Below, piece by piece: positions 12,276 to 25,300 of a stretch of 64,000 bases of DNA. The stretch comes from Ptychomitrium polyphyllum (Eukaryota). The notes beneath the pieces were generated by a model. The model did no database searches and was not told where the DNA came from. It saw only the letters and a list, made by a program, of their open reading frames with translations. The stretch is from contig OZ316776.1 in NCBI GenBank assembly GCA_973851085.1, forward strand, positions 4,712,001 through 4,776,000, read 5' to 3'. The first letter of the stretch is position 1; the number at the start of each line of letters is the position of its first letter. The position numbers and the translations under genes were made by a program.

Positions 12276-15200
12276 AGGCACTTGATTCCAATCTGGTTTT
12301 TAATATTGCAACATGCAATAAAGCTCTCTGAATGTTGTGTGTGCTCATGTTTTTAGATACTACTTCAGGTAGTATTCTTATCTTATTTCTTCCCCTTATG
12401 TTTTGTAATAGTGAAAATATATACGATGTTAAGCGAAAGAAAGTTTTTGAGTGGCTAGTTCATGTAGGAAACATTTGACTGGCTTACAGAATCGCAGTAA
12501 AAGGGTGCTGGAAATTGTAGGAGAGTATTTCACATCTCCTACGCCATACGCTGCATAGACAGTGGACGTTCCAATGTGGGTTTTGAGAGGGCCGATTGAA
12601 GTCTTATTAACGGCTTCCAGCACACAAATTTTGAAGTGAGTCAAGTCTCTTGTAAAGAGCAAATCAGCCTGTAACATAGGACTTGATATTCTTTAAATGG
12701 CAGCATATTCTTCTAGATGTACAGAAAGTTCCTTGTTATGAGCTACGTGTTGCAAGTAACAGTTTGTCATAACTTGAGGAGATTCTAGTGATGGTTTTGC
12801 ATCACTCAATATTTGGAGGTAGAAATGATCTTTCCTCATACCCACATGCAAACAGTATCAAGGAAGCCTATAATTGCAAACCTGTCATTGAGAAGGTGGT
12901 CAGCTGTTCTCCAAGTTCCGCAGGAGAATCGTTTTGTCAAGGGTAACTGTATTCTGCACTGTCTGTGCTTGTCTGTTCATTTTTGAGCCTTACCAAATGT
13001 TCTATGTCCTGATTTCTACAGTAGTTATCTTTCTGTCACTCCTGGTCTCTTGATTTATTTATCAAAGGTTTGTTAGGGAAAGGAAACTGATACAGTTTAA
13101 TAGCTAAGTACTCTATTTTAAGGAAACAAAAAATCTGCATAAGACTTCGTGTTGGCTAATAAGTTAAAGAATAAATGAAAACAATTGGATTCCTTGTTAA
13201 CCCCCTTTTCAGATCTGAAGGTTTGTAAAGATCTTTTATAAAAAGATTAAATTAGTTTCTAAAGTTGGAGAACAACACACATTCTCCTCAGTGCTCCGAA
13301 CTATCCCATGGTAGCTTTTGATCTGTATGAAACAACTTTTGTAAGTACAATGTACTCTTAGAGAATGTTAGCATTTTCTTGCTACTTGGATGCCTCCTAG
13401 TAATATTCAAGTCTGGTCTTTATCCAAATATTATTATTATTAGGGTTCCTTTTGCCAGATGAAAGCTACTCCTTTTTGTTATCAAACGTGTAATTGCTTG
13501 ATGAATGTTATCATTAATTTTTGAAGTTGAGTGTGGTTAATCCATTCTTTAATTTTAAGTGTTTCTTTACCTATTATCTGTGATTTTTAAATATACTTTC
13601 AATGCTGGTATTATGAAGTGTTGGTTTTATGTGAATAATAGCCTTCTTCCTTCACAATTTGGTATTTGCATTAGATGATCTTAGAATTAAATTGAAGTAA
13701 TGTTATCTATGGAAGTGTGGTTTTAATGTACTCAATATATAAGTTATACTCAAATGAAAACCACACTATGATTATGCAATCTACAAGTGCAAATTAACAT
13801 CCATTGTATAATGTTAAGATTGTTTGATTTGTCATATTTGTATTTTATATAAAAATCTCTAATATTACTCACGTTTTTATGTAGGAACTAATATTAAAAA
13901 TTCATAGTTTATTTTACAATATTAAAGTAACAATTTAAAGTGAATTGAGATTTTTTTCCATTAGCAAAGAAACAAATTTTTTTTAGTAACCATGCTCAAT
14001 TGTCTCAATATAATGGATTTTGTACCTTAAGAGTGACCTATTCCAATTGCAATTGAATATCATGGTAGTATGTGCTATTTGTATGCTTTATTAATTGTTT
14101 GTAATGAAAATTAAAGTTTAACCTTTTAAACAAATTCATGTGATTTCTCTCCCTTTATAAATTACAGTTCTACTTGTTGATATGTAAAATGCTATGGTTT
14201 ATTATTATGATGTCTATTGAATCATATATGGATTAACAAAGGGTGAAAATGAGAATACTTTCTACTATTCTCTATTTGAACTTGTTGTTCATGATGTACA
14301 CAAAGTAGGAAAATATGGAAAAAATAAAATATCTTTACATTGAAATTTGAATAAATAATCAATTTTAGAAATAATGATACAAAAAAGTTTTTCAATAATT
14401 TAGAAAAATTGTTGTTATTTCAAAAGTATATAAAATAAAAATGTTTTTTCTTTAATGTTTCAAATAAGGATTATAACTAGAGGTATTAAAATCAAATTGA
14501 AATGAAGCAAGAATATTGAATTGGAAACAATATTTTTAATGGATATTTGTGTATTTATTAAAGTAGATGAATAACGATTAATCAATATGAAAATTTTAAA
14601 AATCCATCAATTGTAATTTTTTTATTTTAAAGAATGACATTGTATAATCATTTGTTTATACATACTTTTAAATTTAAGATAATTCATTAATTATAAAACC
14701 TAATAAATAAATGTTGATCATGGCATAGATTTTGTCATCCTAAAATCTAGTCACTTGAATTTTGTATTCCATTTTTCTATTGCTAAATAGTGTTATGTAT
14801 AGTTAAGTAAATTAACATAGATGAAGTTTGTAATTTTTTTAGCTACAAAGTTACAAACTTGTAAATTTTTTATTAATACTTTTAATGCACTCTAAAATAT
14901 TTTTGTACAAAATAAAGTACAAAAGGTCTACAACAATTAGCATGGCATACATTTAAAGAACTTATTACTCATAAGATGAAATTGTCAATTTTATACAAAC
15001 TCCTTGAAGAACTTAAATACCTAGACTTGTTAAAATTTTGGATTCTAAACCCTTCTTGGTAATCCAATAAACTTGAAAAATATTTTGAGGTCAAAACTAC
15101 ACCAATGGATAATTTATCATTATCATATCAATTTGATGTTATATTAACATTAAAATGACCCAGATTAAAATGGTGCCAAAATATTATCTAAGTGTTTTGA

Positions 15201-16101
15201 GTATGAAGATGTTGGCTAGAATAACATAAGTTAAAATGATATCAAAATGACTTCAAAATCATATGAAAGTTTGTCATTTTATTTCATTTAAAGATTTTCT
15301 GATGCATTCATGAGAAGCTGGCCTGGCCCTTGCAAACGTATTCTTGTATAGCAAAGTTAAATATTTAGTTAAATACATTGCTGTACAAACTTGGCGAAGA
15401 TGTTTCAATATAATTGGTAAGGATATTGCTGACACCTTCTATTGATGATTAAGTGACAAATTTTAACAATTTTTGTTTTGAATTTATTATGAGTTCTTGA
15501 ACTTAATCACTGAAATTGTAAAGGCTAATGAAAACAATTTTCTCATTCTTCCAATTTGTGCATCAAACTTTTTAATCAATTGATTAGTATCAAGAGTCAC
15601 TATCATGACACTTGGTCAAACAGAAGTTGTGATGTGGAATAAGTTTTGCCATCAGGAATTGACATAATCCTACAATGTTTGTCATGAAGACAGAAAAATT
15701 AGGAATCAAGCCAACACATGTACACTGCATTTCATGTCATGTGATATATGTGACATGTTATTGCACAAGGGGTGTGCGGTGTTAATTAATTGAATTTTAA
15801 GACTATACATGATCCAAGTGGGGAAGAAAAACTATTTTTGAATGAATATTAATTTGGAGTATATCTTTATATCTGTGTTATAAAGTATTGACCAAACAGC
15901 TCAAGAATTGAAGCAATTCTTCATGGAAGCACAAGCTACTTAAACAATGAGCAGATTCAGTAATCTGCACCTATATGTCAAATATCTGGATTCTTAGAAG
16001 CACCCACTTATTCATATTTGACACACTTGTATGCAGAGATTTGAGTTTCATGGCAACCAACACTACTAGCTAACCAGTTTCTCACCAACTACACCATTTA
16101 A

Positions 16102-17043
16102 CCCCTCAGTGCCTAAAGGGTCTCTGTTGAAATGCAGTTTTTTCCGGTTGTGTTTGCTGTACAATTGCTTTGCTGGTTATGCAAGAGCTAAATTTAGAAA
16201 CTAACAGTGTAAACTTGTTGTCAATAGAAAGTCAGAAGTTTACCCAAAATAATACAAACCTAACGGATGCAAGACAAAGAATCTTGCATATACGAAAAGT
16301 ATTTTTGTTGAAAGTTAATGGCATTCTCAGATTGTCTTGTTTTGAAGATCTTGAAAAACTGCCAAAAACAAATCAATAAATAGCAGGAATACAGTTAAGC
16401 TGACATGCTTGTTTCCAACTCACATATTCTTACTGAAAGATCATCCTCCTAGAATTTACAAGACTTTTGTGAATCAGAATGGCTATCAATGTCCCTGAAA
16501 CCCAGTGATTCTTATACTCAATCGTTCTCAAATTAATTGTGAATCCATGAGAATCCGAATTTACATGCATGAAGGGCTTGTTGAATACAAGAGATTTTGC
16601 AAATTCAAATATGGAAATCAACTTTGTAGACTAAGAAACACAGCTCTAGATCAAAATGGCTACAGCGGCATACAACATATGCACAGTTATCTACTATATG
16701 ATGGCATACAGTATGATAGCTACAATTATCTTTACACTGTTGCAACACGTCTTCCATCTTTCCAAACTAACTTCATCCTCCCACAAGGGTGTACATCTTT
16801 CATACAGTTTTTGCAGTTCTTTCTTGTTTTGCTATATGTATTTATTGTACAAATGTTAGCAATGTCATGTATTTTTGAGAGCTCTGTGAGTCCACATGGT
16901 CAAGAATAATGTCATTGCATAGTAGTCTTGTATTTCTCACAATCTACAGCTTACAGTCAGTTTTCAAGTTCCTTTTGGATCAAAAGTTACAGCAATTCCC
17001 ATGACCAGAGAGACCACATCGTGGTCATTTGGGTACTGAAGGG
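16102..17043. mobile_element. Non-autonomous piggyBac-like DNA transposon, 942 bp
   Basis: Flanked by TTAA at 16098-16101 and 17044-17047. Left end CCCCTCAGTGCCTAAA versus reverse complement of right end CCCTTCAGTACCCAAA (13/16 identical). Subterminal palindrome GACCAC-ATC-GTGGTC at 17012-17026. No intact transposase ORF. Confidence 0.72.
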
Positions 17044-19596
17044 TTAAGTGTTTGACTCAAGTAAGATACACAAGCAAATGGCTAATGAAATGCAGCTAAA
17101 TGTAACATCCCCAATTTGGTTGATGGGTGGCATGACTAGGAGCACATATAGTAGCTCCAATTGTTTACATGTGGATTTTGGTCATTCAAAATAAATGAAG
17201 GTGATGACATATTGTGATGGCTTCCACCTATAATGGCTTGTTTGTGTGCTCATGTTCATGTGTTCACAAAGATGTCCAAAAAGCCTTATATTTGACCAAT
17301 AACACTCAACAAGGGCTTGGCTAGCAATAAGGTGAATTTCAACTTTTAAACCATGTCCGTCCAATAAGATAATCTTGATGTTGGTACTAGTCAATATACC
17401 ATTAATAATGAGATTTCTAGGAATCATTTTACTTTCTATATAAATAAGTAAGCTTTGATTAAGGACTTACAATTAAAACCAACTTTTCATCTATTTCGTA
17501 TATTTCGTACATTTTGCAGTATGTAAACTTATAACATTAAGTCACCCTATTTGTGGATGTTGGTTTTAGGACCCTATGGGTATTTGGTCAACATTTTTGG
17601 TCAAAATGATCCGAAAGTAGTTCACTTGAAGTGCGAATCCAAATGATCCGAAAGTCCACCTGAACACTGAACACTGCCATCGAAGCGGAGGCACCATTAT
17701 TAAATCGAGGTTGATTGCGTCGACCTTGTTGCATGAGCACTGTGAAATCAGCACGCGTGTTGTACACTGTTGATGCCTTGCAATAACATTATTATAACTT
17801 ACCTAATAATTCAAACTCACAGCAAAATTGCTGCGGCAACGTTTCTGACAGCAACCCATACATTTTTTTCCTCCTGTTCTACATCTAACTCTGCAGCCTG
17901 CTGACAGGATGAGATTTGTAGTGCTCTGTTCAGACGTCTAGACCAGAGTTATGGTATGTTGTCATTGAAGCATCAGCACCTCATAAGTGCATTGTAGATT
18001 TTTCTTGAAACAGTACTTGCAAGATCATAAAAATTGATTGTCAAGACATAATTTCTAAAGCAAACCAACCAATGATATGCCAAGAAATAGGTGGTGATTC
18101 AAGATATTATGAATAAAAGTTTGCAACACATATCAAAGTTTTCAACACATATCAAAGTTTTGGATAAAATTACAACACATTTTTGAAACACTTATATTTA
18201 TTATGAAATCTATTTTCCTATCATTACAAAATACATATTCATTTTCTCTAAAGATAGATTGCGAAAATAGATAGATAGTTTGAATCTCTTAAGTTGATGG
18301 ATCAAGGACAACACAGTATAATAAGCTTAGTATTAGCTAGAGTTGGCTAATTTATGTGCATCCAAATATATTCTCATTGGTGATCTATGAGTTAATGTCC
18401 TCTACAAAACGACCTCCTTAGATCATCAGTTACAAACAAGTCGTTGCAGTCAGTGCAGTACAGAACCTGCAGCTTTGTGAGTTTATTTTCGATGATGCTT
18501 TTAGCGGCAGAACCATGAAGTCACGGTCACTTTGAAACATATACAACTCAGTTGATTAATGTTCTTTCCGTTCTATTTGTCAGCTGAACAAGGCCAGTTT
18601 ATGAGTTGCTGAAAAACTAACTGCCTCAACTTACTGAAAGATTTAGCTAATTTGATTGTAGTCACCGACATAAAGCTAATCAGTTCAGAACCATAACAAG
18701 TAGCATATCAACCAATTGTTTTGACCTTGTGCAAGGAAATGAAGTTCTAGTCTAGCTGCAATTAAGCGACCAGCTTGTTTCGAAACTTCATGAATAAGCT
18801 TTGATTCATCGTTAAAATATACTTGATTAAACTTTGGCCAACAATCTATTCAGGTTGAATTCTCAAGATGATCAAGAGTGTGGTAAATTCGTCTTTAAAT
18901 CTTTTCCATTCCAACTGCCTTCCTCAGGATATTGACTTTTAAACAGAATCTCATGTGTTTGATTAATTCATGGAGATTGCAGTGCACTATATACAGCCAG
19001 ATAGTTTAATGTCATCACCAGGCGTATTAGAATAAATTTAAAGAGCTAAAAGAAGAAATTCACAACCAATTTGGAAATTGAACTTGATCTCCTTCCCAAT
19101 TGGTCTTTGTGCAGGCTCGTGGCCAGGTGGATCACCTTGAGGCACAGAATGCATGTGACGTCGTCTAATTCCAACCTACAGTAGAAATTATAGGAGGAGT
19201 GCACACAAGAGTCAACAAGTAGCTCTTAATGGTGTCGGAATGCGGTCCTCTTTTGACCACCGCATTAGGATTAGCAACAGCTGGGCAATAAGTAGGCTCT
19301 TCCAAATTGGAATAAGATTTTGCAATCCATGCACAATCTTGGAATGATGAACGTGGTGTAAGTCGAGGCCGGTGAACCTGTCACCATTGCCAAGCGTTGA
19401 AGAAGAGATGCATCGTACTTGGTGTTTGACAGTAAAGTGCCTACTACATGTACACCACTCTACTTTGTAAGTTCGTAAGCTGCTTCCTCGTGTTCGTTCA
19501 CATCAGTACTCGATGGTAGGTGTGTCTGGAGCAGGTCAAATCTCATACTATTTCTAGACAGCTACCTCCAGCTACCAACTACTGGAATTCAACCAT

Positions 19597-19604
19597 TATA
19601 AATA
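19597..19604 (+). promoter_or_regulatory. TATA box of the extensin-like gene
   Basis: TATAAATA about 100 bp upstream of the ATG at 19705, followed by a pyrimidine-rich leader. Confidence 0.6.
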
Positions 19605-19704
19605 GTGGTCGCCTCTCTGCTCTTTCATCAAACTCACTCTCATTCACTACTTCAGTGGAACAGCTCACTGGAGGTGGGTCTGCTTCAAGTAGTCCAGTTC
19701 TGCA

Positions 19705-20106
19705 ATGGCTCTCAAGGTGAATGGAACCATGGCTTGGGGCATGTGTTCTTCGCTGTTAGTTCTCTTGCTTGCAGCTGTTGCTGTAATCCCAGCTGACGCC
19801 TCGCGTAGCTTGATGGGGTATACTAGCTACCCTCCTCCCACGATTGTCTACAAGTCACCTCCTCCATCGAAGAAAAGCCCTCCTCCAGTGGAGAAGAAGT
19901 CGCCTCCTCCGCCAGTGAAGAATTGCCCACCCCCTCCAGTGAAGAAGAGTCCACCACCTCCAGTGAAGACGTACCCTCCTCCTGAGATTAAGAAGTCACC
20001 CCCTCCGCCATATAAGCAGAGTCCTCCCCCTCCCACGAAGACACACCCTCCCCCAGAGTATAAGAAGTCTCCACCTCCTCCCAAGGCTTGGTCCCCACCC
20101 TATTGA
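19705..20106 (+). CDS. Short extensin-like hydroxyproline-rich glycoprotein with signal peptide, 133 aa
   Basis: Single-exon ORF with a hydrophobic signal peptide (LLVLLLAAVAVIPADA), then ~10-residue repeats K(K/T/Q)SPPPP / YPPPE, one VYK motif and a terminal SPPY. Confidence 0.9.
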   Translation: MALKVNGTMAWGMCSSLLVLLLAAVAVIPADASRSLMGYTSYPPPTIVYKSPPPSKKSPPPVEKKSPPPPVKNCPPPPVKKSPPPPVKTYPPPEIKKSPPPPYKQSPPPPTKTHPPPEYKKSPPPPKAWSPPY

Positions 20107-22353
20107 GTGATGACTTGCGTGCAATCTGGTAAGTCTTGGTCTTTTTCTGCATTCAGTGATTTTGTTTAACTCATGGATCAGCTTCGAAGGATTTTACGTA
20201 CTCCTCGCTATTTTATGTTTTTAATGAGCTTGAATTGATTAATCAATTGGTGACCAGCTGGTAGCTTTGTTTCAGGTGATTGTACGCAGCACTCTCAATG
20301 GTGGTTAAGTACTTCACTAGCTGATCCAGAGGCTTGAAGCATTGAATTGAATTGAATCAGTTCCTTAAGTTTGGGGGTTTGATCTCATTTGAGCAATGTG
20401 GTCCAAATGGAAAATCAATGCGACAGTTGTTCGAAGTGTAGGCAGATTAGACATGTGTATGAGATATGTGTGAGCCGTTTACGACATATAAGGCTGCAGC
20501 ATGAGTAATGTTTTAGCTGATTTGAGAGCGTTGAAACGCTTCTGCACAGTACTAGTTGAAACATCTCGGTGTGCAGCTGGTAGGAAGTTGCAATGTAAGT
20601 GCCTGGTTGACACATCAGGATAAATATTTGAGTTGTGTAGTTGTCCCAGCAGTAGTTCACAAATAAATGGAAATGTTCACATCCGCGCTTATAATTAGTT
20701 ATTTAGTGCGGGAGCATTTTGTAAGAGTGCCAAGCTAGTTACTACCAGCACTTGTATGGTGGCCGGTGCTGTTTTGAGCCACCGAAGCAGCTATTACAAG
20801 CTCTTTTAATTCCGAACTTGGATGTATCTTCCTCTCCAGTTTCTTTCAATACAGCACACGGCTTAGTTGTCTTTGTCGGCAGTTTCGTTCTTGTGCTATT
20901 CAATGTTGTTCGGAGCTTAGAGTTCATGATCAAGGCTTTCATGTTTCCAGCGGAACCTTCGTCGTTAATTCTTTCCAGCCTCTACGTTTGGGATGAAAAT
21001 CCTGCGATTCCATCCAAGGTGTACCAGTTTGGCTCTGACTTAAACATCTTGGAATAAGTACCCGAGAGCGCCCTCCTTCAGGATGAGGTTATCTTTCAGA
21101 GCCTTCCAATTTACGATGCTTGTGGCGCGTAGCAGGAGCAGGTATTGCAGTATCGCCCTTAATTAATCAAGCGCTGCGTGGGGTTGAGTGGGGTTGAATA
21201 GGTCGGTGTTTGTGCAGTTCGCGGACAGAAGCAACGCTCGTGTATGGTGTTTGCTGCACTATTGGTTGAGTAGTTGCGTCTTGCAAACTCGGAAGCCCAA
21301 GCTTACATTTTTGAGAGGCACGTACAGGCCTATCATTGTGTTCATTATAATGGGATAAAACAAAAGTTCTGGGACTATATTGATATCAAATTTTATACCA
21401 AACTGTATTATATATCTAATGGTTCTTTATTAACTCTATTTACTCTATTATGTATTAATTTGGCATTAATTGTAATGAAGGTTAAGAAATTTAGCTTGAC
21501 TAAAGATAAATTCCAAATCCCATGAGATCCTATAAATGATTTAATTCCACTTTTGGCTCCTGTGGCTCATTTATTAACAAAAGACTCGCTATATAACCTC
21601 AAAAACATGATAATCATCTTTAACAAATTTAACCCTTTTTAGCTCTATTTCATCCCAAAAATATTTTGGGACTTTAAAATTTTCTAATAGGGGCACTTTC
21701 AACTAGCCCTCCTCCAGGAGATTTGTATCTTGAATCATTTAGATTACACACAATCTGCAATACGACTAGAACCTCTTTCCCACAAATCAGATTTTGAAGT
21801 ACAACGTATGTAAAATGCAGAACGTAGTGCCGGTTGCAACTAGCAAGGTGGGATGATAACTAATTACGTCTCTTCAATGAACAGAATCAAATTTCATTAT
21901 TGTACTTTAGGATCTAGTTATTCTAATAATCAAATATGATGCACAACTTACGCTGTAGATGAACTTTGCAGCGAAGCAGAGAGGTGAATAAGTTACAGTA
22001 CATAAAACAATTGGGGAGAGAATAGAGGCATCAATGTGGAATCTTCTACATTATGCTGCAAACCTCCAGATCATTGTCCAAACATGCCAGCGAAGCTGAT
22101 GAGTCTGATATGGAATATGTTACACCTAATTGTCAATGATCAATTCTAATACTGTTTGACACTACCCTCTCGTGAATCCACACCAAAATACTGTTTGCTA
22201 GACGCATTCTGCTTCCAATGCGTACCTGCTTTAATCAATCCTTCCTCAAAAGAATTAAGACCTAATTATACAAGGGAACCCAAGCAATTTAAACTTCTGC
22301 CAACATTTAAAAAGGCGTTCCACAAACAGCGGATAACTTGGAGCCATAAATAT

Positions 22354-25300
22354 TTACACGTCGTACACAGGCATCCGCTCCGAAATAGTATTGCGACAAA
22401 CTGGGCAATGCTTGCACTTCTCCGAACAAAAGCTGCAAGCAAAAGAGACACAAGATTGCTTCAATAAGAGTCGTTCTAGAAACAAAATGAGCTTGAACGA
22501 GATGGATACAAGCCCATCGCCACATTAATCTGCACATCCATGAAATACAACAGAAAACAGAACAATCTCGAAGACAACAAGATAGACGTGAAGCCAATGA
22601 GCAGCTTGAAATAGGCATCTTAATACTTCTAGTTTAGAGCTTAACAAACCTGCATAAAATGCGATGTCGGCAGGGAATAAGGACCACAGCAATGTCCCTC
22701 TCAAAGCATACTCGACACAACACTTTCTCCTGCAAGTGAAGATAAGGGAGGTGAGAAGAGACTGCATGGTTTGAGCCAGTAACTACATACTAAGCACACC
22801 ATCTAGGTACACGTCATTAGCACAGCAGCTTTAATTGTATTTACTAACGTTATTGAGACGATCATATTCTTGCTGCTGATGTTTTGTAATTTCTGTCTGC
22901 TCCCCTAGGGCTGCTTGCAGTCTCCAAACCTACAAAATTAAGCACAAAGTCACAAGAAGCTCCACACTGGGGCATTGTTTCGACTCATAATACACCACAA
23001 TGAAGAAGTAGCCTACCTCAACCTAGGAAAAAACTAAAAGCCGTCTCTGATAGCTGATCTAACAAGCACAATTGGCAAAAAACAATGCAAACATACACTA
23101 AACAAATTCTTAGAATCATTATAAATCTAAAGAAAACTAAAGTACAAAATAGTAAGGAAAAATTACCTCGTCTGCAAGGTCTTTCCTAGCCATCTTCTTC
23201 ACCACCTCAGGTGGGAAGCCGGTAAAAGTGTCGTAACTGTACCATCACATCATATTGCAGTGTCAATAAGCAATCATGAGAACTCAGCATCACTATATCT
23301 TGTAATTACGACCAGCTCACTCTCCACCTTGTATCAAAACTTTTAGAAACGTAAATAAAAGATCAGGTACAAACGTGCAGACACGTTCCAACAATTGGTA
23401 AGGTACTCGTTTCTAAAAACCCATGCGCAAAATATTACACAATGACCGAGAGAACATAAATTGCTGCTAAGTGTGCATGCCCTGCAAGAAACTGCTCCGT
23501 TACCTAGTAGCTTCTGACTGATACAGACGTGCATGCTCTTCTCTGCTGGTCTCGTCTATCGACCACCAGCCAAGGAACCTGCAAAATGATAACACTTAAC
23601 ATTTGTAGTCGCTAGAATACAAATTACATACACACACACAAAACCACAATCACACGGAATATATATTAAGTAGTAATTCAAATGAGGTAGCTGCACATTG
23701 ACACGAGGAATAGAGCATGAAAGTTAACTTCTCACATTTAGATGAATGGTGATATCTATAATGCGCTTAACGATTTCAGTGTTGCAGAAGGAAGGATTAC
23801 CGTGACCCATGATGAAGGAAACCGCAACAATCGTCAGCCGTAGCAAAGTAGGCCAGTTGTCGGGAACTGTTAGATTCAGAAAGCCGAAGCATAAACCATA
23901 TCTGTTCCAGGAGCCTCAACAACGCACAGCAAACAGCAATACACTGAACTAGTAACAATGGTGAAAAAAGTAATATCACAGGAATATCTTTAGCGCTCTC
24001 TGGCGTACCCTGCATAACACATGCCAACATAAAAAATAATCAGCAACAGATATGACTGATAGCTTACACACATTGGTGTTCACCTAAAGGCAACAAGAGT
24101 CAAGTTTCCTGTTGAGAGATGGTGAGTACTATTCACGAAAAGAACTTCAAATTTCACTCAAAATTGGTAAATTTGTGAAAAGACCTACATACAGAATTAA
24201 TTCAGTGCTGGATTACTGTTGATGATTTACTCCAACTAAACATGTCGCATTTGGGTAGGCAGATGGTAACTTTAAGATTGCAATAATTCAAAAAGATCAC
24301 TAACGTACCTCCAACTTCATACAAAGCAAAATCTGAAATAGAAGAATAGGCATCTTAAGTAAGTGGCCGCCTAAATCCTGACGGCCACACAAGCCATCCC
24401 CAGTATCGTCCTCGTCATTTCTAGATGTACTCCCATCGTCTGCACTCTCCGGTGCTGGTCTGAACAAGGGCTGTGTAGCATAAGTGGGAAGACCTCCTGG
24501 TCCTCTCTGGGGCGGTCCCTCGTACTGGATGATGGGATTCGACCACTTGGTGCACACCAAAAATGCAAAACACTCCGCAATACTGCACCATAGTGAAAAC
24601 TTAAGTTACTCATTGAAATTATAGCAGCGCATGGGAGTGAACCCGTAAAAAAAGAGCTCATGGCTACCGCACAAATTCCTGCGAAACCCTATCAAAAATA
24701 TTCTCTTCGATTTCAACAATATAAGCCAAAAATGACTACAGTTGCTTGAGCCACTTTATGTGTCAATCGAATCCAATCGGAAAGTGTAAATGTCATCTCA
24801 CTTCGAAGATGTGTCATCAACAAATCATAATTTGATTTAGAGTTGATCTTTGGATTTCTGCGGGGCGCATATGATTTCTAGTTTACTCAAACAGAGGTCC
24901 CTTTCAAAACGAATAGATGACCTACCCAAAGTTGATGAATAAGTCCCACCAACCTAAACCCTCCACATCTCCTGCAAGCACAAGATAACGACCAAAACAT
25001 TTTAGCACACAAAAGTTTGACACCAAAACTTTCCTTTAAAATCCGTCAGAATTAAACTGATCCCATCTTTGTTTTTAGGCAACACTGAAGAAAATCGCTG
25101 AACTTGAATCTCAAATTAAACAAACTATATGCAAAAACTGAATGTGGCGAGTATATTACCACTAAGTTTAAGAAGAGTAAATATAGATGCAGCCATAAAG
25201 AACACCATGGAAACTGCCACCCAAAAATGCTGCACAAAAACCAAATATTTATCGAAATTTATCATGAATGAAAGTTTCACTCTGCACCCGAAAAAAACTC

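Noticed and set aside
19848..20084. Gly-rich minus-strand ORF
   Set aside because: It is simply the antisense reading of the extensin proline codons.
20742..20942. 66-aa minus-strand ORF ending RACNSCFGGSKQHRPPYKCW
   Set aside because: No recognisable domain or supporting gene structure, and the length is within chance expectation.
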